Source of the DNA: Erythrobacteraceae bacterium
GTDB taxonomy: Bacteria; Pseudomonadota; Alphaproteobacteria; Sphingomonadales; Sphingomonadaceae
Assembly (NCBI GenBank): GCA_027489065.1
Contig: JAIYAM010000026.1
Span: forward strand, 70 to 64,069
DNA length: 64,000 nt
Reading direction: 5' to 3'
Shown: positions 17,716 through 28,970 of the stretch, in pieces
How positions within the stretch are numbered: the first letter of the stretch is position 1
How the letters are laid out: every line of letters starts with the position of its first letter
Position numbers and translations under genes: made by a program
Notes under the pieces: generated by a model
Told to the model about the DNA's origin: nothing
The model's database searches: none
What the model saw: the letters and a program-made list of their open reading frames with translations, nothing else

Positions 17716-20700
17716 ATGAAGCTCAAATTCAAGGTTCAACCCTACCAGACCATGGCCGTCGACGCGGTGGTCGATTGCTTTGCGGGCCAGCCCTTCAGCG
17801 TCGGTCCGGCCTACAGGATCGACCCGGGCAAGCGGAACCAGGCAGAGGCGTTTGATGATGAAGGGTTCCGCAACCCGGATATCGCGCTCACCGACGCGCA
17901 GTTGCTGACGAACATCAACGCGGTCCAGCGCCGGCAAAATCTCCCACAATCGCCATCCCTGACCAGCTTTGTCACGCGGGACGCGAAGGGCAGGGCGGTG
18001 CCCGCTCCGGCTGCCTATCTCAAGAATATGGCCGCCGCCGCACCGCTTCATCTCGATGTCGAGATGGAAACGGGGACCGGCAAGACCTACTGCTACATCA
18101 AGACGATGTTCGAGCTGAACCGGCGCTATGGCTGGTCGAAGTTCATCATCATCGTCCCGAGCATCGCCATCCGCGAGGGTGTCGCCAAGTCGCTTTCGAT
18201 CACAGCGGAGCACTTCACCGAGACCTACGGGAAGAAGGCCCGCTTCTTCATCTACAACTCGAAGCGCCTGCACGAGCTGGAGAGCTTCTCCTCCGATGCC
18301 GGACTGAACGTGATGGTCATGAACATCCAGGCCTTCAACGCCAGCGGCAAGGATAACCGCCGCATCTATGACGCCCTCGATGACTTCCAGTCACGCAAGC
18401 CGATCGATGTGATCGCCGCCAACCGGCCGATCCTGATCCTCGATGAGCCGCAAAAGATGGAAGGCAAGGCCACGGTCGAAGCGCTTCCCAAGTTCCGCCC
18501 CCTGTTCATCATGCGTTATTCGGCAACGCACCGGACCGAGCACACCAAGATTCATCGGCTCGACGCGCTGGACGCCTACAACCAGAAGCTGGTGAAGAAG
18601 ATCCAGGTCCGGGGCATTGCGCTCAAGGGACTGACCGGCACGACGGCCTATCTCTATCTCGAGGGGATTGAGACAGTCGGCCGCGGCAAGGGCGGCCCAT
18701 TTGCCCGCCTGGAGATGGAGGTCAAGGACACCAATGGAACGATCAAGCGCCGGCTGAAACGCCTCAGGTTCCGCGATGACCTCTACGATCTGTCAGGCGG
18801 GCTCGACCAGTACCGTGACTTCGTCGTATCGCAGATCGATGCCACCGCCGATACCGTCGAGTTCACCAATGGGATCACGCTTAAGGCCGGCGAGGCTTAT
18901 GGCGACCTGTCGGAGCGGGACATCCGCCGGATTCAGATCCGCGAAACGATCTGCGCCCATCTTGAAAAGGAGCGTCAGCTCTTCGCCCAAGGGGTCAAGG
19001 TCTTGTCGCTGTTCTTCATCGACGAGGTGGCCAAGTACCGCGACTACAGCCGTGACGATCAGAACGGCGAGTATGCCCGCATGTTCGAGGAAGAATATGC
19101 CGAGGCTGTTGCGCTTGTGCTCGCGGAACTACCTCTCGAAGAAGCAGCTTGGCGGAAGCACCTCGAGGCGATCCCTGTAGCCAAGACACACGATGGCTAT
19201 TTCTCGATCGACAAGAAGACCAAGCGGTTGAAGGATCCAGAATTCAAGGTCATCAAGGATGAGGAAACTGGAAAAAAGACCGAGAAGTCTGATGATAGCG
19301 ACGCTTATGATCTGATCCTCAAAAACAAGGAACGGCTGCTCTCATTCGAAGAGCCGGTCCGTTTTTTGTTCTCGCATTCTGCGCTCCGGGAGGGTTGGGA
19401 TAACCCGAACGTGTTCGTCATGTGCATGCTGAAGCAAAGTCTCAACATGATCTCCCGCCGGCAGGAAGTCGGCCGCGGTCTCCGACTGGCCGTAGACCGG
19501 TTTGGCGATCGGCTCGACCATCCCGCGACCGTCCACGACATCAATATTCTCTCGGTGATCGCGAGCGAAAGCTACACCGATTTCGTAGCGGGACTGCAGA
19601 AGGAGATCGCCGAAAGCCTCTCCGCCCGGCCGCGCAAGGCCAGCCAAGCCTTCTTCGTGGGCAAACAGCTGCATACGCCGGAAGGGCCCGTGACTGTCAC
19701 CGACCAGATGGCGACGCAGATTCACCGTTACCTGATCAAGCACGACTACATCGACGACGCAGATCAGATGACGGACACCTATTATACCGCGAAGGCCGAG
19801 GGCACTTTGGCCGTGCTGCATGACGATCTGGTCCCGTACCAGGCTGAGGTCTTCAGCCTGATCGACAGCGTCTACAGCGATGCCGCTCTTCCCAAGTTCG
19901 AGGACGGACGGAAGCCCAAGCGCAACCCGCTGAACGACAATTTTCACAAGGGTGCCTTCCAGGAACTCTGGAGCCGGATCAACCGAAAGGCCGTCTACCG
20001 CGTGGAGTTCGACACGTCGGAGCTGATCCAGAAATGTATCAGTGCCCTCAACAGCGAATTGCGCGTGACCAAGCTGCAATACACCGTGCAGACGGGGATC
20101 CAGTCGGACAAGGTCACCGATGAGCAATTGTGGGGTGGGACTGGTTTCAGCGTCACGCGTAACGAAACCGTCCAGGCCGCGTCGGCCCGCTCGGCGGTTA
20201 AGTACGATCTTTTGGGGAAAGTCTCAGACGCGACCGACCTCCTGCGGCAGACCGTGGCCCAGATCCTCACCGGCATCGAGCCTGCGATCTTCGACCAATA
20301 TCGCGCCAATCCCGAGCACTTCATTTCTGAGGCGGCGCGGCTGATCAAGGAACAGAAGGCAGGGCACCTGATCGAGCAGCTCGTCTACGATCCGATCGAT
20401 GAGCGTTATGACGCCGACATCTTCACTGCGGCCGAGATCGGCCAGGATTTTTCCCGGGCGACCGAGCGGCTGAAGAACCACGTCTTCGACTATTGCATCA
20501 CAGACTCAGGGGTCGAGCGCGACTTCGTCGGGGAGCTGGATACAAGTGCAGAGGTCGAGGTCTATGCAAAGCTGCCACGCGGCTTCCTCATCCCGACCCC
20601 AGTAGGCGACTACAATCCCGATTGGGCCATTGTGTTTCGCGCCGGTGCCGTGAAGCACATCTATTTCGTCGCTGAAACCAAGGGGTCGATGTCGTCACTC

Positions 20701-20841
20701 GCGCTTCGAGACCTCGAGCGGGCGAAAATCGACTGCGCCAAGAAGTTCTTCGCCAAGCTAGCGGAATCGAACCCGACGCCCAATGTCAGGTACGGGGTAG
20801 CTGATAGCTACAACAAGCTGATGGAAATCGTGACGACTTGA
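17716..20841 (+). CDS. res: Type III restriction endonuclease subunit (Res)
   Basis: ATG 17716 [52 protein letters not shown], and C-terminal nuclease YNPDWAI...VAETKG. Confidence 0.95.
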   Translation: MKLKFKVQPYQTMAVDAVVDCFAGQPFSVGPAYRIDPGKRNQAEAFDDEGFRNPDIALTDAQLLTNINAVQRRQNLPQSPSLTSFVTRDAKGRAVPAPAAYLKNMAAAAPLHLDVEMETGTGKTYCYIKTMFELNRRYGWSKFIIIVPSIAIREGVAKSLSITAEHFTETYGKKARFFIYNSKRLHELESFSSDAGLNVMVMNIQAFNASGKDNRRIYDALDDFQSRKPIDVIAANRPILILDEPQKMEGKATVEALPKFRPLFIMRYSATHRTEHTKIHRLDALDAYNQKLVKKIQVRGIALKGLTGTTAYLYLEGIETVGRGKGGPFARLEMEVKDTNGTIKRRLKRLRFRDDLYDLSGGLDQYRDFVVSQIDATADTVEFTNGITLKAGEAYGDLSERDIRRIQIRETICAHLEKERQLFAQGVKVLSLFFIDEVAKYRDYSRDDQNGEYARMFEEEYAEAVALVLAELPLEEAAWRKHLEAIPVAKTHDGYFSIDKKTKRLKDPEFKVIKDEETGKKTEKSDDSDAYDLILKNKERLLSFEEPVRFLFSHSALREGWDNPNVFVMCMLKQSLNMISRRQEVGRGLRLAVDRFGDRLDHPATVHDINILSVIASESYTDFVAGLQKEIAESLSARPRKASQAFFVGKQLHTPEGPVTVTDQMATQIHRYLIKHDYIDDADQMTDTYYTAKAEGTLAVLHDDLVPYQAEVFSLIDSVYSDAALPKFEDGRKPKRNPLNDNFHKGAFQELWSRINRKAVYRVEFDTSELIQKCISALNSELRVTKLQYTVQTGIQSDKVTDEQLWGGTGFSVTRNETVQAASARSAVKYDLLGKVSDATDLLRQTVAQILTGIEPAIFDQYRANPEHFISEAARLIKEQKAGHLIEQLVYDPIDERYDADIFTAAEIGQDFSRATERLKNHVFDYCITDSGVERDFVGELDTSAEVEVYAKLPRGFLIPTPVGDYNPDWAIVFRAGAVKHIYFVAETKGSMSSLALRDLERAKIDCAKKFFAKLAESNPTPNVRYGVADSYNKLMEIVTT

Positions 20842-20883
20842 TCATTGCCCCCGGGCCTCTCAGCTCGCCCGAATAGGGCGCGG

Positions 20884-21459
20884 TCAAAGTCCACCACGCC
20901 GGATTGTCCGATACACGGTCGGCCGCGAGACCTTGAACAGCTTGCCGAGGTCGCTGATCGAGTATTCGCCGGCGGTGTGCATCTTGAGCAGCTCACGCTG
21001 CTGGAGGTCGGACAGCTTCGGCGGCTTGCCTCGGAGCTTGCCCTTGTCCCGGGCGATCTTCATGCCCTCGCGGGTGCGCAGCCGGATGAGGTCGCTCTCG
21101 AACTCGGCGAAGGTGGCGAGGATGTTGAAGAACATCCGGCCCATTGGGTCGTTGGGGTCGTAGACCTGCTTGCCGAGCGCGAGGCTCACGCCGCGTTTCT
21201 CCAGCTCATCGGCGATCGCCCGGGCGTCGGGCACCGATCGGGCGAGGCGATCCAGCTTCGGCACGACCAGTGTTTCGCCGGCGCGGACCGCGGCCAGTGC
21301 CTGTGCGAGACCGGGGCGATCGCGGTTGCGGCCGGTGAGGCCATGGTCGGTGTAGATGCGATCCTCGGGCACGCCGAGCTCGATCAGCGCCTGGCGCTGG
21401 GCGGTCAGATCCTGCTTGTCGGTCGAGCAGCGGGCATATCCGATGAGAGTGTCGGTCAT
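20884..21459 (-). CDS. Serine recombinase (resolvase/invertase)
   Basis: IGYARCSTDKQ catalytic motif, VPKLDRLARS, C-terminal HTH (VSRPTVYR); 191 aa. Confidence 0.92.
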   Translation of the reverse strand: MTDTLIGYARCSTDKQDLTAQRQALIELGVPEDRIYTDHGLTGRNRDRPGLAQALAAVRAGETLVVPKLDRLARSVPDARAIADELEKRGVSLALGKQVYDPNDPMGRMFFNILATFAEFESDLIRLRTREGMKIARDKGKLRGKPPKLSDLQQRELLKMHTAGEYSISDLGKLFKVSRPTVYRTIRRGGL

Positions 21460-21640
21460 TTGTAACGGATGGGGCCCCTGTGTGAGAATATAAAGCGTAC
21501 CACCTTAATGAGAGACCCTGCAAGCCGGATTTGCGGAGGGCAGGGGGGTCTGACCTCTGCTCCCTCAAAAGTGTCCGGTGAGCGATCCCTTTTGGACAGG
21601 TGGCGGCTAGGTGCCCTCGCGGGTGTGATGGGCACGCTCG
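21460..21640. promoter_or_regulatory. Probable res site / promoter region of the resolvase
   Basis: Non-coding segment directly upstream of the resolvase containing GTGTCCGG...TTTTGGACAG-type half sites; subsites not resolved. Confidence 0.35.
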
Positions 21641-21802
21641 TTGACAGCTGCCAGTCAGCGAGGCGCTAATAGATGTTTCGACCGCATGAGATTTGATGTG
21701 TCACCTGTGACAAGCCGTACCTCAGTTTGGAATTTGTTGAAATTCGGGAGCAGTATGGTTAGAGCCCCTTTCTCAGCTAAGATCATAGGAATCGGAGCGC
21801 GA

Positions 21803-22048
21803 ATGACAGTTCAAGTCAACATCACGCCCAATGGGCGGATGAGCCTGCCCGCTGACATCCGTAAGCGGCTCGGGCTGGTCGGTGGCGGTGCGGTTTATCT
21901 GGATGAGACGCCTGATGGTCTGGTGCTGCGAACGGCCGCTCAGGCTGTTGCGCGCGCGCAGGCCTTGGCGAAGCAATACACCGAAGGAAACCCGGATGCG
22001 TCGGTCGACGCTTTCCTCGCCAAGCGCCGCGAGGAAAGCGGAGAGTGA
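21803..22048 (+). CDS. vapB: AbrB/MazE/SpoVT-family antitoxin (VapB-type)
   Basis: VNITPNGRMSLPADIRKRLGL swapped-hairpin motif; GGAG RBS; GTGA overlap with the PIN toxin. Confidence 0.85.
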   Translation: MTVQVNITPNGRMSLPADIRKRLGLVGGGAVYLDETPDGLVLRTAAQAVARAQALAKQYTEGNPDASVDAFLAKRREESGE

Positions 22049-22434
22049 GCGAGATCGTATTGGATGCCTCCGCCCTCATCGCCATGCTGAAGGGGGAGAA
22101 GGGTGCTGACAAGGTCGCCGCGGCGATCGCAGACGCCCGGATATGCACCATCAACTATGCCGAGGTGGTCACCCACTTCATTCATCTCGGCATGCCCGAG
22201 CGCGAGGTTGACGCCATGCTCGATCCTCTGCCGATGACGATTGTGCCGACCGACAAGGCCCTGGCGCAATTGGCTGGGCGGTTGAGAGCTGTCACGGCCG
22301 GTCACGGTCTATCGCTCGGCGATCGATTCTGTCTTGCTCTAGCGCAGCGGGACGGTTTGTCGGCTTGGACCAGCGATCGTAGCTGGAAGGCAGTCGCCGA
22401 CGCGGCCAAAGCCAAGGTCGTTGCTATTCGATGA
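22045..22434 (+). CDS. vapC: PIN-domain toxin
   Basis: IVLDASALIA, NYAEV, LSLGDRFCLALA, WTSDR PIN motifs; 129 aa. Confidence 0.9.
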   Translation: MSEIVLDASALIAMLKGEKGADKVAAAIADARICTINYAEVVTHFIHLGMPEREVDAMLDPLPMTIVPTDKALAQLAGRLRAVTAGHGLSLGDRFCLALAQRDGLSAWTSDRSWKAVADAAKAKVVAIR

Positions 22435-22555
22435 TGTCCAGCGGGAAGGGCAGGGCGGTTGCCATCTCAATGCTATTGAGCCGCCATAATCCTGCCTGGC
22501 AGCTTCGACGGCGTTCGTCCCCAAAAGCGGAAATTCGCTAACCGACTCAAAGTCG

Positions 22556-23607
22556 TCATTCTGGCGAGACAGCTTTTGACCCAGAAAGGGCATTTGCCAA
22601 ATCGCGCGCGGTCCTGGCGGCGCCCATCAAAGTTGCTGACCCCGGTCCCGTCCAGTCGCCATAACCAGCAAGCCAAAGGCGTTGCTCCTTACTTGCACGC
22701 TGGCCTTCGACAAGGACACGACCATCCTCCTCGATCACACCGAGGCCGCGCAGATGATCCAGCGCAGGGCGAAAGCCGGTGCACCAGATGATCGCATCGA
22801 CCGCCTTTGCAGAACCATCGGGCCAGATCACGCCTTCGGTTGTCAGCCGCTCGAACTGCCTGACGGAGGACAAATCGCCGCGATCGCGCGCTGCCTTCAC
22901 TGGTGGGACCATCACGATGTCACCGATGCCGCCGACCGGGGTGTCGCCGGGACCAGCCTTCATTCGGGCAACAGCGCGTTCGAACAGAACGAGCCCATCG
23001 ACATCGTCCGGCAGAAACAACGGTTCCTGGAGCGTGACCCACAATGCACGAGCAATCGGGGCCACTTCGGCCATAATCTGCGCGCCGCTGTTGCCGCCGC
23101 CAACAACGAGCACGGTTTGACCAGCAAAATCCTCCGGTCGCTCGTAGTGGGCAGAATGAACTTGGCGACCCTTGAATAGGTCGCGCCCTGCGACTTCCGG
23201 AATGTAGGGTTTCGACCAAGTGCCGGTGGCGCTGACGACATTGCGCGCGGCGAAATCGCCGGCATCGGTGCGCACCAGTAGATGCGGATCGCCGCGCTCA
23301 ACCCCTTGCACGCACACCGGACGAAGGATCGGCAGCTGATAGCGTTCCTCGTATCGGGTGAGGTAATCGAGCACGTCGTCGCGCGTGGGATAGCCCTTGT
23401 GATCAGGCGGCGCATCAGCCACCCCGGCAACGACCTATATCCGGCGGGTGAGAACAACCGCAGCGAATCCCACCCGTGCCGCCACGCTCCCCCTGGACCA
23501 TCTTCGGCATCGAGGATCAGGAAGTCTGCCTGGGCCCTTCGCAGGTAGTAACCCAAAGAGATCCCCATCTGGCCGCCGCCGATGATGACAATGTCGTGGC
23601 GTTCCAT
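22556..23607 (-). pseudogene. arsO: ArsO-like flavin-dependent monooxygenase, frameshifted
   Basis: N-terminal [19 protein letters not shown] lies in one frame and [25 protein letters not shown] in another. A single missing C near 23410-23414 (atg-cg-ccg-cct-gat) joins the halves. Confidence 0.75.
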
Positions 23608-23735
23608 GTTCGATTCCTCAGGCGAGCCTCGGTGACAGTCCGGCGTTAATTAGGGTCATGAGCCCAACCCACGCGCAATTATGGTTTGCATTGAGGTCCA
23701 TGGTCTTTGGCACAGATCAAAGCCAGAGCAATCGT

Positions 23736-23757
23736 TCGATAATTTTGGAATTGTCGA
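23736..23757. promoter_or_regulatory. Imperfect inverted repeat, likely ArsR operator
   Basis: TCGATAATT-ttgg-AATTGTCGA (8/9 symmetric) between the divergent arsO and arsR. Confidence 0.5.
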
Positions 23758-23806
23758 TTGACTGCATTGAGGCACTGGCTATTTCCATGTCTATCGAAAG
23801 GGCACG

Positions 23807-24172
23807 ATGATAGACGATCTCAACGCACAAGTCTGGGCGGTAGATGCGCTCGGAGCGCTGGCACATGAAACCCGCTTGTCGGTGTTCCGCGCACTGGTGA
23901 AGGCAGGCGCAGATGGCATGATCGCCGGCGCAATCGCCGAGCATCAGGGCGTGCCGCCGTCTACGATGTCGCATCATCTGGCGACGCTGGAGCGCGCGGG
24001 CCTTGTCCAGTCGGAGCGCGAGAGCCGGCTGATCCATTACCGTGCCGACTTCGCAGGCATGCGGCGCCTGCTGACTTTCCTGATGCAGGATTGCTGCCAA
24101 GGCGCTCCAGAGATGTGCGGCGACTTGCTGGCTGAACTCTCCTGCAACGCTGATCAACCCGTGAACGCCTGA
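23807..24172 (+). CDS. arsR: ArsR/SmtB-family repressor with C-terminal Cys site
   Basis: ALAHETRLSVFRALV...HHLATL...ESRLIHY; C-terminal DCCQGAPEMC. Confidence 0.92.
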   Translation: MIDDLNAQVWAVDALGALAHETRLSVFRALVKAGADGMIAGAIAEHQGVPPSTMSHHLATLERAGLVQSERESRLIHYRADFAGMRRLLTFLMQDCCQGAPEMCGDLLAELSCNADQPVNA

Positions 24173-24180
24173 GGCTTTAG

Positions 24181-24702
24181 ATGGCAGACAAGATCTACAA
24201 CGTCCTGTTTCTGTGCACCGGCAACAGCGCTCGCTCCATCCTGGGCGAAGCGCTGATGAACAAGCTGGGGGAAGGCCACTTCGCCGCTTACAGCGCCGGG
24301 AGTCAGCCCAAGGGGGATGTCCACCCGATGGCGATCGAGGTGCTCGAAGGCTTCGGCTTTGCGACCGATGGCCTGCGGTCAAAAAGTTGGGATGAGTTCA
24401 CCCGTCCCGGTGCGCCCGAATTCGATTTCATCTTCACCGTGTGCGACAATGCCGCCGGGGAAAGCTGCCCGGTGTTTCCAGGCAAGGCGATCACCGCCCA
24501 TTGGGGCGTCGAAGATCCCGCCGCCGTTGAAGGGGACGGTCAACGCAAGGCATTTCAGGATGCGTTGAGCTACCTCAAGCGCCGGATCGATCTGTTCCTG
24601 ATGCTTCCCCTCAAGAGCATCGACGAATTGGCCATGCGGCGCAAACTGGCTGAAATCGGGCGCGAGGAAGGCGCCAGCATCCGGGCAAAGGACACCCAAT
24701 GA
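24181..24702 (+). CDS. arsC: Arsenate reductase, LMW-PTP (thioredoxin-coupled) family
   Basis: FLCTGNSARS P-loop, TVCDNAAGESCP, HWGVEDP. Confidence 0.9.
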   Translation: MADKIYNVLFLCTGNSARSILGEALMNKLGEGHFAAYSAGSQPKGDVHPMAIEVLEGFGFATDGLRSKSWDEFTRPGAPEFDFIFTVCDNAAGESCPVFPGKAITAHWGVEDPAAVEGDGQRKAFQDALSYLKRRIDLFLMLPLKSIDELAMRRKLAEIGREEGASIRAKDTQ

Positions 24703-25127
24703 ACACCGACATCGTCATCTACCACAATCCTGAATGTGGGACGTCGCGCAACACGCTGGCGATGATCCGCAATGCCGGGATCGAGCCGCATGTAGTGGAA
24801 TACCTGAAAACCCCGCCCTCGCGCCCACTGCTGGAAAGCCTGATTGACCGCGCGGGCATGACGCCCCGTGCCTTGCTGCGCGAGAAGGGCACGCCGTTTG
24901 CGGAGCTCGGCCTGGATGATCCTGCACTGACCGATGCGCAGCTGATCGACGCGATGATGGCCCACCCGATCCTCATCAACCGTCCGCTGGTAGTCTCGCC
25001 GCTGGGAGTGAAGCTGTGCCGCCCATCGGAAGAAGTGCTCGACCTGATCCCTGCCGATCAGCGCGGCGCTTTCACCAAGGAAGACGGCGAACAGGTGGTC
25101 GATGCATCGGGGCAGCGCGTCAAATGA
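24699..25127 (+). CDS. arsC: Arsenate reductase, glutaredoxin-coupled family
   Basis: [26 protein letters not shown]. Confidence 0.93.
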   Translation: MNTDIVIYHNPECGTSRNTLAMIRNAGIEPHVVEYLKTPPSRPLLESLIDRAGMTPRALLREKGTPFAELGLDDPALTDAQLIDAMMAHPILINRPLVVSPLGVKLCRPSEEVLDLIPADQRGAFTKEDGEQVVDASGQRVK

Positions 25128-26194
25128 CCCAGACCCTCGCCAATCCCGCCCCGGCTGCTTCGCCGCTCGGCACTTTCGAACGCTATCTTTCGGTGTGGGT
25201 GCTGCTCGCCATTCTAGCGGGGCTTGGCCTGGGGCTGGCCGCACCCGATGCGGTCGGGGTGCTCGCAGGGCTTGAATATGCCTCGGTCAATCTCGTGGTC
25301 GCAGTGCTGATCTGGGCGATGATCTTCCCGATGATGGTCGGCGTCGATTTCGGCAGCATCAAGGACATCGGCCGCAAGCCCAAAGGGTTGGTCATCACGC
25401 TAGTGGTGAACTGGTTGGTGAAGCCGTTCACAATGGCAGCGCTAGCGGTGCTGTTCTTCGACTATTTCTACGCCGGATTGATGAGCGAAGGCGATGCCGA
25501 TCAATACATTGCGGGCCTGATACTGCTGGGCACGGCGCCGTGCACGGCGATGGTGTTCGTGTGGTCGCAGATGACCAAGGGCGATCCGGCCTACACGCTG
25601 GTGCAAGTCTCGTTGAACGATCTGGTGATGATCGTTGCCTTTGCGCCGATCGTGGCGTTGCTGCTGGGAGTGACCGACATCGTGGTGCCATGGGATACTT
25701 TGCTGCTGTCGGTGGTGCTTTATGTGGTGGTGCCATTGGTGGCAGGGGCGCTGACCCGTAGCCGGGTAATCGCATCGCATGGCGGTGATGAAGCGGCGGT
25801 CGATGCCTTGACCGGGCGATTGAAGCCGTGGTCGATCATCGGCCTGCTGGCAACAGTGGTGCTGTTGTTTGCATTCCAGGCCGGCACGATCATATCCAAT
25901 CCGCTGCTGATCGTGTTGATCGCGATTCCGATCATCATCCAGTCATACGCCATCTTTGCGGTCGCCTATGCCGCTGCAATGGCGTGGAAGGTGCCGCACA
26001 ATATCGCCGCCCCTTGCGCGCTGATCGGCACATCGAACTTCTTCGAGCTGGCCGTAGCGGTGGCTATCGGTCTGTTCGGCCTCAGCAGCGGGGCGGCTCT
26101 GGCCACTGTTGTCGGCGTGCTGGTCGAAGTGCCGGTGATGCTATCGTTGGTCGCCTTCACCAATCGCACCCGCGACCGATTCCCCGCCGCATGA
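25124..26194 (+). CDS. acr3: Acr3 arsenite efflux transporter
   Basis: [48 protein letters not shown]; ATGA overlap with arsC. Confidence 0.95.
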   Translation: MTQTLANPAPAASPLGTFERYLSVWVLLAILAGLGLGLAAPDAVGVLAGLEYASVNLVVAVLIWAMIFPMMVGVDFGSIKDIGRKPKGLVITLVVNWLVKPFTMAALAVLFFDYFYAGLMSEGDADQYIAGLILLGTAPCTAMVFVWSQMTKGDPAYTLVQVSLNDLVMIVAFAPIVALLLGVTDIVVPWDTLLLSVVLYVVVPLVAGALTRSRVIASHGGDEAAVDALTGRLKPWSIIGLLATVVLLFAFQAGTIISNPLLIVLIAIPIIIQSYAIFAVAYAAAMAWKVPHNIAAPCALIGTSNFFELAVAVAIGLFGLSSGAALATVVGVLVEVPVMLSLVAFTNRTRDRFPAA

Positions 26195-26952
26195 TCGAAA
26201 GCACGCCGATGAACCGCCTGCGCACGCTGCCCGACCCGGCGCACCTGCCCGCGCTGAAGCCAGAATATGTCCACCAGCGCCCCGCGCTCGGCCTTGGCCC
26301 AATGAACCCGCCGCCCCGCGTGCTGCTGCTCTATGGCTCTCTGCGGGAGCGCTCCTTCTCGCGCCTTGCCGTGGAGGAAGCGGCGCGGCTGCTGCAATTC
26401 TTCGGCTGCGAGACGCGCATTTTCGATCCTTCCGACCTGCCGCTGCCCGATCAAGTGTCCGGCGACGATCACCCGGCGGTGCACGAGCTGCGCGAGCATT
26501 CTTTGTGGTCGGAAGCCCAGGTGTGGTGCAGCCCGGAACGTCACGGCACGATCACCGGGATCATGAAGGCGCAGATCGATCACCTGCCGCTCGCCTACAA
26601 GGGCTTGCGCCCGACGCAGGGACGCACGCTGGCGGTGATGCAGGTTAACGCCGGGTCGCAGAGCTTCAACACGGTCAACACCCTGCGGGTTCTGGGCCGG
26701 TGGATGCGGATGTTCACCATCCCCAACCAGTCATCGGTCGCCAAAGCTTACGAGGAATTCGACGAGGCCGGACGGATGAAGCCGTCCGCCTATTACGACC
26801 GGATCGTCGATGTGATGGAGGAACTGGTGCGCCTCACAGTGCTGCTGCGCCCGCACGCAGAGCAGTTGGTCGATCGCTACTCCGAGCGGGTTGAGCGCGA
26901 CTTGCCGGTCGTAACTCCGGTTGAGGCAGCCGGGCTTGCAGCAAAATCGTAG
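26191..26952 (+). CDS. arsH: ArsH NADPH-dependent FMN oxidoreductase
   Basis: [49 protein letters not shown]; ATGA overlap with acr3. Confidence 0.95.
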   Translation: MIESTPMNRLRTLPDPAHLPALKPEYVHQRPALGLGPMNPPPRVLLLYGSLRERSFSRLAVEEAARLLQFFGCETRIFDPSDLPLPDQVSGDDHPAVHELREHSLWSEAQVWCSPERHGTITGIMKAQIDHLPLAYKGLRPTQGRTLAVMQVNAGSQSFNTVNTLRVLGRWMRMFTIPNQSSVAKAYEEFDEAGRMKPSAYYDRIVDVMEELVRLTVLLRPHAEQLVDRYSERVERDLPVVTPVEAAGLAAKS

Positions 26953-26991
26953 CAATCGCGATGGCGCGGACGCCAGCAGCAAGGGGGCTAA

Positions 26992-27699
26992 ATGAGGAAG
27001 GCATTTTCAGCAAGTGGCCAGCGCGGTCACCTCCGGCCTGTTCTTGCAGCTTCGCTGCTCGGACTGGTGCCGGGTCCGCTTGCCGCGCAGGATCATGACC
27101 TTCAGCAATGGACGTTGCTGGTCGCGCAAGGACCCATCAGTGATAACTTGCTGGTGCAGGCGGAAATTCAGCCGCGCATGACCAACGACGCGAGCCGATT
27201 GGGGCAGTTCCAGATCAGCCCTGCAATCGGTTATCGGGTGAGCAAGAAGGCCACAGTGTTCGTCGGCTACATGTTCGTCCACACCGATCCGGTGGACCGC
27301 CCCGCGTTCGACGAAAACCGGTTCTATCAGCACATCGTGTTCCCCCTCGGCAAGGTAGGTGACGTGACGGTCACGGCGCGAACCCGGATGGAAGCCCGAA
27401 CGGTCGTAGGTGCCGAAGATCTCGCGTGGCGATTCCGCCAGCAGGTGCGGGCGCAGATGCCCCTGAAAGAGGACAAGGGACCGCTTCTGGTCGCTTGGAG
27501 CGAAGTGTTTGTAAACCTCAATGATGCCGACTGGGGACCGCGCGAGGGCATGGACCGCTGGCGCAATTTCGTGGGAGTGTCGGTGCCCGTAGCAAAGGGC
27601 GTCGTGCTTGAGCCGGGATATCTCAATCAGGCGGTGTTCCGCCGGGGGGAGGATCGGTTTGACCATATCGCGAGCGTGACGATGTTCTACCGGTTCTAG
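26992..27699 (+). CDS. DUF2490-like outer-membrane beta-barrel protein
   Basis: Signal-like N-terminus, ENRFYQ motif, alternating beta-strand pattern, C-terminal YRF. Confidence 0.7.
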   Translation: MRKAFSASGQRGHLRPVLAASLLGLVPGPLAAQDHDLQQWTLLVAQGPISDNLLVQAEIQPRMTNDASRLGQFQISPAIGYRVSKKATVFVGYMFVHTDPVDRPAFDENRFYQHIVFPLGKVGDVTVTARTRMEARTVVGAEDLAWRFRQQVRAQMPLKEDKGPLLVAWSEVFVNLNDADWGPREGMDRWRNFVGVSVPVAKGVVLEPGYLNQAVFRRGEDRFDHIASVTMFYRF

Positions 27700-28089
27700 C
27701 TGAACGCCTTTTTGGCGGAGCTTGAGGCCGCCCTCATGGAGAAACCCAGACATAGCCGAAGCTTAGGAGCGAAGTGACGCATCACGCTCACAGCAACACT
27801 GATGGTCTCGGCTTTCGACATCGGCAATGTGGCGCGGGGGTTCGACACGGCCCGCATGTGAGTGCTCAACCGCACGCTGCGGCAGTGTGGGGTTGAGGCC
27901 TCGCTGGTCGCGCCCATCGGCTAGGTGGAGGTAGTGGCTGGGGCGCGCTATCTCGATGCGCTTATTACCGAAGCGAGCGGCCTCAGCGCCGAGATCGTGA
28001 ACCAACCGCGCTGGCATGGGTGAATGAACGCGCGGCAGGGCGCCCGCTTTTCAGTAATCGATTGCGGCAGGCGCGCTTCCAAAGAACAG

Positions 28090-28509
28090 TCAAAAGTCGG
28101 AACGGCCGCCGTCGCACAGCTCATGGTTCGCTAAAGCAGCGATTACCCGGCAGTCGACGGAAAGGCCCCCACGGCAGCGGCTGATGATCCTGCTCAATTC
28201 ATCCCGCAAAGCAGTGAGCTGCAAAATTCTGGCTTCAACCTCCGCGAGATGGCGAGAGGCGATGAGGTCAGCCGCCTGGCAGTCGCGGTCTGGATGATCG
28301 GACAGATCGAGCAGCGAGCGGATCTCCTCGATAGTGAACCCGAGATCGCGCGAATGGCGGATGAAGGAAAGGCGCTGACGCTCCACTGGCCCGTAAGAGC
28401 GGTAATTGCCTGATGTGCGCGGTGGTGGCGGCAGCAGCCCGATCCGCTCGTAATACCGGATGGTTTCGACATTGGTGCCGGTGGCCTTCGATAGTTCGCC
28501 GATTTTCAT
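28090..28509 (-). CDS. MerR-family regulator, CadR/PbrR-like (three-Cys divalent type)
   Basis: MKIGEL...ETIRYYERIGLL HTH; Cys in DRDCQAAD plus a C-x7-C loop (CRGGLSVDC). Confidence 0.9.
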   Translation of the reverse strand: MKIGELSKATGTNVETIRYYERIGLLPPPPRTSGNYRSYGPVERQRLSFIRHSRDLGFTIEEIRSLLDLSDHPDRDCQAADLIASRHLAEVEARILQLTALRDELSRIISRCRGGLSVDCRVIAALANHELCDGGRSDF

Positions 28510-28512
28510 CGC

Positions 28513-28543
28513 TTGACCCTGTAGCTGCTACAGGGTGCATAAG
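28513..28543 (+). promoter_or_regulatory. MerR-type promoter/operator
   Basis: TTGACC-N19-CATAAG with perfect 10-bp inverted repeat ACCCTGTAGC-t-GCTACAGGGT (28516-28536). Confidence 0.8.
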
Positions 28544-28579
28544 CCTCAGCGACTCGAACACGAAGCGAAGATTGGGGCA

Positions 28580-28927
28580 ATGAGCATCATTCGAACAGCC
28601 TATCGAAAAGAGCTGGCGGCATATCGCGTCGCGCGTGCCAACGGCGATCACGTCAGTGCCTGGCAAAGGCTCGAACGCGGGCACATCATCGCCCAGGGTA
28701 GTCTGCCGCTGCATCTCCACTCGCACGGCGTAATGCTGGCATTCGCGGTGTCGCGGCGCGAATGGGCCGAGGTTGCAGGCCAGGTGCTGCGTCTGTTTCT
28801 AGCGCCATTGGGCACACTGACCGGTCGCACGCCGATGGGAAATACCGGGCGATCGGACGTCAGTGCTTTTGCCTCTATGCCAATACCGGCGGATATTGCG
28901 CAGATCGTGAATGCAGGCCGTGATTGA
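28580..28927 (+). CDS. DUF3703-family protein
   Basis: AWQRLERGHIIAQ, HLHSHGVML, GRTPMGNTGRSDVSAF-MPIP; likely ATG at 28580. Confidence 0.8.
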   Translation: MSIIRTAYRKELAAYRVARANGDHVSAWQRLERGHIIAQGSLPLHLHSHGVMLAFAVSRREWAEVAGQVLRLFLAPLGTLTGRTPMGNTGRSDVSAFASMPIPADIAQIVNAGRD

Positions 28928-28970
28928 TTGTCAGAGCGTGCGCTGCCTTAGGGTTAGAACCCCCAATTGG

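Noticed and set aside
9469-20841. DISARM or BREX assignment
   Set aside because: No DrmA/DrmB (DUF1998), PglZ or BrxC genes; mod and res are typical type III subunits.
20845-21465. 206-aa plus-strand ORF opposite the resolvase, and similar long antisense ORFs over helicase, mod, res, RND and cop genes
   Set aside because: Shadow ORFs typical of high-GC coding DNA; the opposite strand carries recognisable motifs.
21545-21582. Tn3-family inverted repeat (GGGGTCTGAC...)
   Set aside because: Only the first 10 nt match well (about 20/38 by eye against the recalled Tn3 IR); no tnpA or partner repeat in the window.
27696-28089. Short ORFs 27763-28017 and 27696-27917
   Set aside because: No recognisable motif or convincing RBS; may be a remnant but cannot be supported.
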